Shown: positions 39,811 to 46,884 of the stretch, piece after piece | Numbering within the stretch: position 1 is the stretch's first letter | How the letters are laid out: the number at the start of each line of letters is the position of its first letter | NCBI RefSeq assembly: GCF_031425575.1 | Contig: NZ_JANPJP010000358.1 | Span: 1 to 60,109 of the forward strand | Direction: 5' to 3' | DNA length: 60,109 nucleotides | Source: Phenylobacterium sp. | GTDB lineage: Bacteria > Pseudomonadota > Alphaproteobacteria > Caulobacterales > Caulobacteraceae | The notes under the pieces: model-generated | Seen by the model: only the letters and a program-made list of their open reading frames with translations | What the model was told of the DNA's origin: nothing | Databases searched by the model: none | Translations under genes and position numbers: made by a program

Positions 39811-41214
39811 ATGCGCCTCCCGCGGCTGTTCCGCACGACGCCCTTCCGGCTGACCCTGCTGTTCCTGGCCCTGTTCGGGGCCGCAGCCAGCGCCTTCCTG
39901 GCCTATATCTATGTCGCCACCGCCGGCGAGGCGACGCGGCGCACCGACCAGGACATCACCCGCGAGATGAATTCCCTGGTCGCGGCCTATGAGCGGGCCG
40001 GCGTCGATGCGGTGAACCAGTCCCTGATCGAGCGGGCGGCCAGCGAGCGGCCCTTCCTCTACCTGCTGATGAAACCGGACGGCACCCGCATCTCCGGCTC
40101 CATCGCCGAGTCGCCCCTGGAGGACATCAACGCCGTCCCGGCCCGCGCCAGCTTCTCGGTCACCGACTTCGACGCCCAGGGCCGGCCCATCAAGCATCCG
40201 GCCCGCGGCTTCCAGGAACATCTGCGGGGCGGGGAGATCCTGTTCGTCGGCGCCGACGTCAGCGAGGACCAGGCCTATGTGGGCAAGATCGTCAACGCCC
40301 TGCGCGGCGCGGGCACCCTGGTGGTGGTCCTGGGCCTGATGGGCGGGGTGCTGGTCAGCCGCAATGTCAGCCGCTCCATGGCCGGCCTCACCGATGTGGT
40401 CACCGCCGTGCGCAACGGCGACCTGGGCGCACGCGCGCGCGTGCGCGGCACCCGCGACGAGTTCGACGAACTGGCCGAGGGCCTCAACGAGATGCTCGAC
40501 CGGCTGGAGCGCTCCATGGCCGGCCATCGCCACGCCGGCGACGCCATCGCGCATGATCTGCGCTCGCCGCTCACCCGTCTGCGCGCCCGGCTGGAGGTGG
40601 CCTATCTGGACGTCGAGGCCGGCAAGGGGGACCCCGAACAGGCGCTCGGCCAGGCCCTGGAAGACACTGACGGGGTGCTGAAGACCTTCGGCGCGGTCCT
40701 GGCCATCGCCCGTCTGCAGGCCGCGGGCTCGGCGCCCGATCAGATCCTCTTCGATCCCGCCCAGCTCGCCGCCGACATCGCCGAGCTCTATGAGCCCCTC
40801 TGCGAGGACGCCGGCCTCGACTTCCAGGCCGAGATGGCCGAGGGGCTGCAGGCGCGCGGCAATCAGGAGTTCCTCGCCCAGGCCCTGGCCAACCTGCTGG
40901 ACAACGCGGTGAAGTACACCCCCTCCGGCGGCGCCATCATGCTGCGGGTGCGCCGCCGCTCCTCGGGCGAGATCGAGTTCTCCATCACCGACACAGGCCC
41001 CGGCGTGCCGGAGGAGGACCGTCCCCGCGTGGTCGAACGCTTCGTGCGCCTCGAAAACAGCCGCAGCCAACCCGGCGCGGGCCTCGGCCTCTCCCTGGTC
41101 GGCGCCGTCGCCGAAGCCCACGGCGGCCGCCTGGAACTCGCCGAAGGCCCCGGCAAGGTCGGCGAGATCGGGCCCGGCCTGCGGGTCGCGCTGATCCTGC
41201 CGCGGGCGGGGTAG
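39811..41214 (+). CDS. uzcS: HAMP sensor histidine kinase (UzcS/ActK-like)
   Basis: RTTPFRLTLL TM, HAMP DEFDELAEGLN, IAHDLRSPLTRLR, LDNAVKY, GLGLSLV; start 39811 or 39799. Confidence 0.7.
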   Translation: MRLPRLFRTTPFRLTLLFLALFGAAASAFLAYIYVATAGEATRRTDQDITREMNSLVAAYERAGVDAVNQSLIERAASERPFLYLLMKPDGTRISGSIAESPLEDINAVPARASFSVTDFDAQGRPIKHPARGFQEHLRGGEILFVGADVSEDQAYVGKIVNALRGAGTLVVVLGLMGGVLVSRNVSRSMAGLTDVVTAVRNGDLGARARVRGTRDEFDELAEGLNEMLDRLERSMAGHRHAGDAIAHDLRSPLTRLRARLEVAYLDVEAGKGDPEQALGQALEDTDGVLKTFGAVLAIARLQAAGSAPDQILFDPAQLAADIAELYEPLCEDAGLDFQAEMAEGLQARGNQEFLAQALANLLDNAVKYTPSGGAIMLRVRRRSSGEIEFSITDTGPGVPEEDRPRVVERFVRLENSRSQPGAGLGLSLVGAVAEAHGGRLELAEGPGKVGEIGPGLRVALILPRAG

Positions 41215-41240
41215 GTCTCTCGGCTATCGCACCCCACCCA

Positions 41241-41371
41241 CCGCTCATCCCGGCGAAGGCCGGGACCCAGATTCATCCTGGGCGGTCTGAGGTGATCCCA
41301 AGCCGAACCCAAGGTCCGCATGACGCGGGAGAGGGTTGCACCTGGGTCCCGGCCTTCGCTGGGATGAGCGG
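41241..41371. repeat. REP-like palindrome doublet, copy 4
   Basis: CCGCTCATCCCGGCGAAGGCCGGGACCCAGATTCAT ... CACCTGGGTCCCGGCCTTCGCTGGGATGAGCGG. Confidence 0.9.
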
Positions 41372-41393
41372 TTTTGGGGGCGGCCCCACTCTA

Positions 41394-41457
41394 ATTGTGT
41401 ATACAAAATGCTTGCGCTGCCCACGCCAAGGAGATGAGACGCCATGGCCCCGCATGA
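41394..41457 (+). pseudogene. brnT: brnT toxin remnant (operator-like palindrome, ATG and last codons only)
   Basis: TTGTGTATACAA followed by ATG 41408, then LR (frameshift) AHAKEMRRHGPA*, resembling BrnT C-termini and overlapping the brnA start. Confidence 0.55.
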
Positions 41458-41725
41458 GGCCGGCTTCGACGAAGACAATCCTGAATGGACGGACGAGGTT
41501 TTCGCCCGAGCCAGGCCGGCGAAGGATGTCCTACCCGAAAAGGTCTTCGACGCCCTGACACGCCGCCGTGGGCCGCAGAAAACGCCGGCCAAGACGCCGA
41601 TTTCTCTTCGCCTCAGCCCCGAGGTGATCGAACACTTCCGCGCTGGCGGCGCCGGCTGGCAGACCCGCATCGACGAAGCCCTGAAGCAGGTGATCGCACG
41701 TAGTTCAGCAGTTCCAGATTCATAG
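41444..41725 (+). CDS. brnA: BrnA antitoxin family protein
   Basis: DNPEWTDEVFARARP, RRRGPQK, ISLRLSPEVIEHFRAGGAGWQTRIDEAL. Confidence 0.9.
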   Translation: MAPHEAGFDEDNPEWTDEVFARARPAKDVLPEKVFDALTRRRGPQKTPAKTPISLRLSPEVIEHFRAGGAGWQTRIDEALKQVIARSSAVPDS

Positions 41726-41827
41726 TCAGCGGTCGGCGTTGACCCACCCGTGCCCTGTCGCCGAAGGCCACCGGAGTTCCGCAATGCACCTTAGTCCGCG
41801 GCTTCGGCGAACGTGGTAATCGGAGCC

Positions 41828-42913
41828 GTGTGGTCAGACGAATCCATCCTTGAGCTGCTGATGCGCGGCGGCGCTGTGGGCGCCTTCCTGGGGCTTGCGG
41901 TCGTGATCGCGCGCGGTCCGCTCGCGCCGGCGCGGGTCACCGGATTCCTGTTCTGCCTGGCGGCGGCGGCCCACACCCTGACCCAGCAGGGTGGCCTTGA
42001 ATCGGCGCTAGGGGTGAGTTGGCCCGTGATCTGGGCTCTTTCGGCGATGGGCGCGGGTCTGTTCTGGGCCTTCGCCACGGAGCTGTTCGGGGACCGGCCA
42101 CACCTTCAAGCTGCCCGCCTGGCCCCGGCCGCGCTGCTGCTGGTGATCGCCGTCTTGGCGGCGAACGGAGTTTGGCCCAAGGGGCTGTGGCTGGCCCACA
42201 ACCTGGTGGGCGCCGCGCTCATGGCCCATGTGCTGGTGGTCATCTGGAGCGGCTGGCGCAACGATCTCGTGGAGTCCCGGCGGCGGCTCCGTGGGCCCAT
42301 CTTGGCGGCCGCCGCGATCTATGCGGTGGCGGTGATCGGCGTGCAGGTTTCCGAGATCCTCTGGCGGCCCGCTGACGACCTCTCGCCCATCGCGGCGGCG
42401 ATGCTGTTCGTGCTGGGCCTCGCCGGCCTGGGCGCGCTGCTTCAGGCTGAGCCCGACCTCTTCGCGACCGCCGCCGCGCTACGCCCGCCGCCGCTCCCGG
42501 CGGTGGCGGCGCCCCTCTCCGCCGAGGACGCGAAGCTCGCCGAAAGGCTCGACCCGTTGATGCGCGTGGACCGTCTCTATCGCGATGAGTCCCTGTCGAT
42601 CTCTGCGCTGGCCCTCAAGCTCGGCGTGCCGGAATACAGGCTTCGGCGCCTGGTCAACCGGCAGCTTGGCCACCGCAACTTCAACGCCTTCATCAACCAA
42701 TGGCGCCTGGGCGACGCTCGGCAAGCGCTCTCTGATCCTGCACAGCGGGAGGTGCCGATCTCCACGATCGCGCTCGACGCCGGCTTCCAGTCGCTCGGGC
42801 CCTTCAACAGAGCCTTCAAGGCCGAAACAGGCCTCACCCCGTCGGAATTTCGCGCAACGGCGCTCGGCTCGGGCGCCAAGGGCGGCGCTAACACATCGGG
42901 CGCAACAACCTGA
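41828..42913 (+). CDS. Membrane-anchored AraC family regulator (copy B)
   Basis: Paralog of copy A: GWRNDLVESRRRLR, RRLVNRQLGHRNF, GFQSLGPFNRAFKAETGLTPSEFR; GGAG SD before GTG 41828. Confidence 0.9.
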   Translation: MWSDESILELLMRGGAVGAFLGLAVVIARGPLAPARVTGFLFCLAAAAHTLTQQGGLESALGVSWPVIWALSAMGAGLFWAFATELFGDRPHLQAARLAPAALLLVIAVLAANGVWPKGLWLAHNLVGAALMAHVLVVIWSGWRNDLVESRRRLRGPILAAAAIYAVAVIGVQVSEILWRPADDLSPIAAAMLFVLGLAGLGALLQAEPDLFATAAALRPPPLPAVAAPLSAEDAKLAERLDPLMRVDRLYRDESLSISALALKLGVPEYRLRRLVNRQLGHRNFNAFINQWRLGDARQALSDPAQREVPISTIALDAGFQSLGPFNRAFKAETGLTPSEFRATALGSGAKGGANTSGATT

Positions 42914-42958
42914 ATTGACATTGAAATTCCGGAATCGGCGAGGTGCCGCCGCATTCGG

Positions 42959-42983
42959 CTAGCCGCGTTTGGAACCCGGCGAG
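42959..42983. promoter_or_regulatory. Putative AraC operator B
   Basis: CTAGCCG-N11-CGGCGAG, plus an extra half-site AATCGGCGAG at 42933-42942. Confidence 0.6.
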
Positions 42984-43055
42984 CCAAGCACGCAGGCTTC
43001 GAGGAGCTTGGCGAGGCCGCCGCAACGGTGCGGCCATCAGCCTGCGAGACGCAAC

Positions 43056-43943
43056 ATGCCCTGGCTCCAAACCCTGTGGCGCGAGTTCACCGCCGTCTTC
43101 CCAGCTATTCTCGCCATCGAGGCCGGGCGCTACATCGTCACAGCGGGGCTGGTCAGCCTCGTCATCTCGACCTTCTGGCGCGCGCGCTTCCACGCCCGCA
43201 AGATCCAGGCTCGGACCGCTGCGCCGATGGACTATCGCCGAGAGATCTTCGCCTCCCTCGGGACGGCGGTGATCTTCTCCCTGACGGGTTTCGGCATGCA
43301 CCTCGCGGCCAAGGCCGGATGGCTCACGATCCACCATGGCTTCACCGAGCGGGGACCGCTCTATCTGGCGCTCAGCCTCGCGGCGATGGTCGTCGCCCAC
43401 GACGCCTACTTCTACTGGACGCACCGGGCGATGCATCACCCGCGCCTGTTCCGCGCCTTCCACTGGACGCACCACAAGTCCAAGGCGCCGACGCCATGGA
43501 CCGCCTATGCGTTCGACGCGCCTGAAGCCATTCTGACCGTCGCCTTCGTCCCCCTGTGGGCGGCCATCGTGCCGATGCACGAGGGGGCGCTCTTCGCCTT
43601 CGTGACCTGGCAGATCGTGCGCAACGTGATGGGCCACGCTGGCGTCGAGCTGTCGCCGGTCTCCGGGCGGCCCTCCCGCCTGTTCGGCTGGCTCAGCACC
43701 ACCACCCACCACGACCTGCACCACCAGCATGGCCGCAGCAACTATGGCCTCTACTTCACCTGGTGGGACAGGCTGATGGGCACTGAGCATCCCGACTATC
43801 AGGCGAGGCTCGCCGAGATCGCTGAGCGCAGCCGGTCGGCCGCCAGGTCCGCGCCTTCGGTCGCAAGAGTGGCCGTGCTGCTCCTGCTGGCGATCGCCGG
43901 CGCCGGCGCCACCGTGGCCGCGGCCCAGGCGGCGGGAGCGTGA
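43056..43943 (+). CDS. Sterol desaturase/fatty-acid hydroxylase family protein (copy B)
   Basis: HRAMH, HWTHH, HHDLHH, NYGLYFTWWDR; ATG 43056; ends in a signal-peptide-like helix. Confidence 0.88.
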   Translation: MPWLQTLWREFTAVFPAILAIEAGRYIVTAGLVSLVISTFWRARFHARKIQARTAAPMDYRREIFASLGTAVIFSLTGFGMHLAAKAGWLTIHHGFTERGPLYLALSLAAMVVAHDAYFYWTHRAMHHPRLFRAFHWTHHKSKAPTPWTAYAFDAPEAILTVAFVPLWAAIVPMHEGALFAFVTWQIVRNVMGHAGVELSPVSGRPSRLFGWLSTTTHHDLHHQHGRSNYGLYFTWWDRLMGTEHPDYQARLAEIAERSRSAARSAPSVARVAVLLLLAIAGAGATVAAAQAAGA

Positions 43944-44575
43944 ACGTCATGCGCCGTCCTCCCGCCATCGCCGAACAGGCCCGAAATGCGCGTGGCCTCT
44001 TGGGTCGCCTTGTCGCCTTCATCATGGCGCGCGAGACCTGGGCCGATAACCAGCGCGCCATCGAGGCTCTGGACATCCGCGACGGTGACCACGTGCTCGA
44101 CATCGGCTGCGGCCACGGGCGCAGCCTCGCGGCCCTGGCGGCCCGGACGCCGAGTGGACGCGTGGTGGGCGCCGATCCCTCGGTTCTGATGGTCGACATC
44201 GCGGTGGCGCGAAACCGAAGCCTGATCCGGCGCAAGCGCGTGGATGTCATCGTGGCCGGCGTCGACGCCCTGCCGTTCGAGAGCGCCAGTTTCGACAGGG
44301 CGCTCTGCGTCCATGTCATCTACTTCTGGAAGGACCTGGACCTGGGGCTGCGCGAGATCGCCCGTGTGCTAAAGCCCGGCGCCAAGCTGGCGCTGATCCT
44401 GCGCACCAGTGCCGACACCGCCGCGGTCAGCCGGTTTCCGGCCGAGGTGTACAGCTTCCGATCGTTGGACGAGGTGCTGTCGGCGCTCAGGGCGGCGGGC
44501 CTCGAAACCGAAGTCGCTGATCACGGTCGCGAACCAGCCCTGGTCGTCGTCCGAAAGGTGCTGTCTGCACTCTAA
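43940..44575 (+). CDS. Class I SAM-dependent methyltransferase
   Basis: VLDIGCGHG, LPFESASFD, EIARVLKPG; GTGA overlap with the desaturase stop. Confidence 0.85.
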   Translation: MNVMRRPPAIAEQARNARGLLGRLVAFIMARETWADNQRAIEALDIRDGDHVLDIGCGHGRSLAALAARTPSGRVVGADPSVLMVDIAVARNRSLIRRKRVDVIVAGVDALPFESASFDRALCVHVIYFWKDLDLGLREIARVLKPGAKLALILRTSADTAAVSRFPAEVYSFRSLDEVLSALRAAGLETEVADHGREPALVVVRKVLSAL

Positions 44576-44578
44576 CCG

Positions 44579-45205
44579 TCAATCGGCCGTCTTGCGGAAC
44601 AGGCACCGGACGAAGTCCTGAGCCACGCCGCTCGGCGTGATGTGCGTCTCGAAGCTCGTGTCGAGAAGCCGGAAACCGTCGCCCAGCGCCGCCTGAAGGG
44701 TCTCCGGCGAGTAGCGTTGCACGGGAAGGCCGCTACAGCGCTCCGGGCCGCTCAGGGCGAACGTTGCGAGGATGAGATAACCGCCGTCCCGTAGGCCCTG
44801 ATTCAGCGCGCGCAGGTAGGCTTGGCGATGGATGTCCTCGACCAGGAAATGGAAGACGGCGCGGTCGTGCCAAAGCTCGAAGGCGTGCGGAGGTGGCGAC
44901 CAGGTGGTGATGTCCTCGACCAGCCAGGCGACAGTGTCGCCGCGCCCGCCGAGACGCGCCTTGGCCGCCGCCAGAGCTTGGCTCGAGACGTCGAGGACGC
45001 TGATCCGCCCGTAGCCCTGGTCCAACAGACGGTCGACCAGGAGCGAGGCCCCGCCGCCCACGTCGATCACTGACGCGGTCGGCGCGACGCCGGCGGCCGC
45101 GAACATGGCGAGCGAGCGCCCAGGTTCATCCTGATACCAACTCACCTGGGTGGTCGGGCGGGTGGTATAGACATGCTCCCAGTGCGTTTGCGCTGCGTCG
45201 GACAT
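44579..45205 (-). CDS. Class I SAM-dependent methyltransferase (TPMT/TehB-like)
   Basis: HWEHVY..VSWYQ, IDVGGGAS, WHDRAVFHFL, GPERCSGLPV; ATG 45205. Confidence 0.85.
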   Translation of the reverse strand: MSDAAQTHWEHVYTTRPTTQVSWYQDEPGRSLAMFAAAGVAPTASVIDVGGGASLLVDRLLDQGYGRISVLDVSSQALAAAKARLGGRGDTVAWLVEDITTWSPPPHAFELWHDRAVFHFLVEDIHRQAYLRALNQGLRDGGYLILATFALSGPERCSGLPVQRYSPETLQAALGDGFRLLDTSFETHITPSGVAQDFVRCLFRKTAD

Positions 45206-45240
45206 TCTGGACTCCCGGCCACGGCCGCCTTGGATGGGTC

Positions 45241-45289
45241 TTGACGCGGTGACGGCGCGCGCAATCATTCAAGAACTCTCTTGATTGAT
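45241..45289 (+). promoter_or_regulatory. Sigma70-type -35 and ArsR-type operator palindrome
   Basis: TTGACG at 45241; ATCATTCAAGA-ACTC-TCTTGATTGAT (11-4-11, one mismatch) at 45264-45289, between divergent genes. Confidence 0.65.
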
Positions 45290-45968
45290 GGTCAAGCCTG
45301 ATTGGAGCTTCAGCCTGTCGGCAAAACTCGACCTCTTCGCCGCCTTCGCCGACGTCGCGCGCGCGCTCGGCAACGCCCATCGCCTCGATCTGCTAGAGCA
45401 CCTCGCCCAAGGCGAGAGGAGCGTGGAGGCGCTGGCGGGGAAGGCGGGGCTCACCGTGGCCAACGCCTCGCAGCATCTGCAGGCCCTGCGCCGCGTCGGA
45501 CTGGTGGTCGGTGAGCGCCGGGGCAAGCAGGTCGTCTACCGGATCACCGAGGATGACGTCCTCGACCTTGTCGCCGCCCTTCGGAGGGTGGGCGAGCGTC
45601 ATACCGACGCGGTCAAGGTGGTGGTCGGCGACTACTTCCAGGCTCGCGACTCCCTCGACGCAGTGGGGTTCGCCGCTCTGGAGCAGATGGTGACCGACGG
45701 CTTGGCGACGATCCTCGATGTCCGCCCGCCCGATGAGTTCGCCGACGGTCACATCCCCGGCGCGTTGAGTATCCCGCTGACCGAGCTCAAGGCCCGGCTG
45801 GACGAAGTGCCGACGGGACTTGAAGTGGTCGCCTACTGCCGCGGCCCCTGGTGCGTCCTGGCGTTTGAAGCCGTCGCCCTGCTGCGGGAACGAGGGCGCC
45901 TGGCCAAGCGTCTGGAGGGCGGGCTTCCGGAATGGCGGCGCGCTGGACTGCCCGTCGCCACCCTGTAA
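45288..45968 (+). CDS. ArsR/SmtB regulator fused to a rhodanese domain
   Basis: ARALGNAHRLDLL..NASQHLQAL HTH; LDVRPPDEF..GHIPGA; AYCRGPWC. Confidence 0.9.
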   Translation: MVKPDWSFSLSAKLDLFAAFADVARALGNAHRLDLLEHLAQGERSVEALAGKAGLTVANASQHLQALRRVGLVVGERRGKQVVYRITEDDVLDLVAALRRVGERHTDAVKVVVGDYFQARDSLDAVGFAALEQMVTDGLATILDVRPPDEFADGHIPGALSIPLTELKARLDEVPTGLEVVAYCRGPWCVLAFEAVALLRERGRLAKRLEGGLPEWRRAGLPVATL

Positions 45969-45984
45969 GCCGCGGGTTACGCCC

Positions 45985-46659
45985 CTAGCACCAGCTGGCC
46001 TGGTCGGACTGGGGCTCGTGCAGCAGTTCCTGGACGTTGGCCTCCAGGATGCGGAAGCCGACATTGCCGTAGAGTTTCTGGCGGCCCTCGTTGAGCACGA
46101 AGCTGGGGCTGCCCTGCAGGCGCAGGGTCTCGGCGTCCTGATGGTCGGCGGCCAGGGCGGCGAAGGCCCGGCCGTCGGCGATCAGGGCCTCGACGCGGGC
46201 GAGGTCGGCGCCGGCCCGGGCGCCCACCTCGCGCTGGACCTCCCAGGTGGCGATGTCGCGGGCCTCGGCGAAGAAGGCGTGGCGTAGGCCGCGCACCGCG
46301 GTCTCCCCCGCGCCCGGCGGGCCGCCGCCAGCCGCCTCTGCCAGCTGCACGGCCTTGAGGAACAGGTGGGCGCCCCAGGAGGAGGCTGGCCGCACGGTCA
46401 GCCAGACGGCCGGGTTCAGCTCGATCTCGGGGAAGGCGGCGGCCGACTGGCGCAGGTGGGCGTTGAAGCCCTCATAGCCGCCCTTGTCGCCCCAGGCGGC
46501 GGGGATCTTGCGGCTTGTGTCGCCGAACACCGGGCAGAACCGGTACTTGATCTGCACCCGGTCGCCGAAGGCCCGCCTCAGGGCGTCGAGCCGCAGCTCG
46601 GCGATATAGGCCCAGACGCACAGGACGTCGGTGAAGCAGACGATGGGGACGGGGGTCAC
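45985..46659 (-). CDS. DsbA/FrnE-like thioredoxin-fold protein (CVWA motif)
   Basis: FTDVLCVWAYIA, cis-Pro loop GSPSFVLN, C-terminal ASWC. Confidence 0.78.
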   Translation of the reverse strand: MTPVPIVCFTDVLCVWAYIAELRLDALRRAFGDRVQIKYRFCPVFGDTSRKIPAAWGDKGGYEGFNAHLRQSAAAFPEIELNPAVWLTVRPASSWGAHLFLKAVQLAEAAGGGPPGAGETAVRGLRHAFFAEARDIATWEVQREVGARAGADLARVEALIADGRAFAALAADHQDAETLRLQGSPSFVLNEGRQKLYGNVGFRILEANVQELLHEPQSDQASWC

Positions 46660-46884
46660 TTGGGATCTTCCTTGCGGCTCTGACCCCGGTATAGCTCACC
46701 CCGCGCGACGGGGCAGGGGTGGCGCACGCTTGAAGATCAACACTTGGCGGGACCTCGACGGTCACTTGTCGGCCTTGGTGGGCGGGCCGTGGCCGCCGCA
46801 ATCCCTTGCGTCCCAAGACTTGGTGGCTGGCTGACCGGTTTTAAACAGCCTTGTCTTCCATCCCTGGCCGCCGACAATGTGCGG

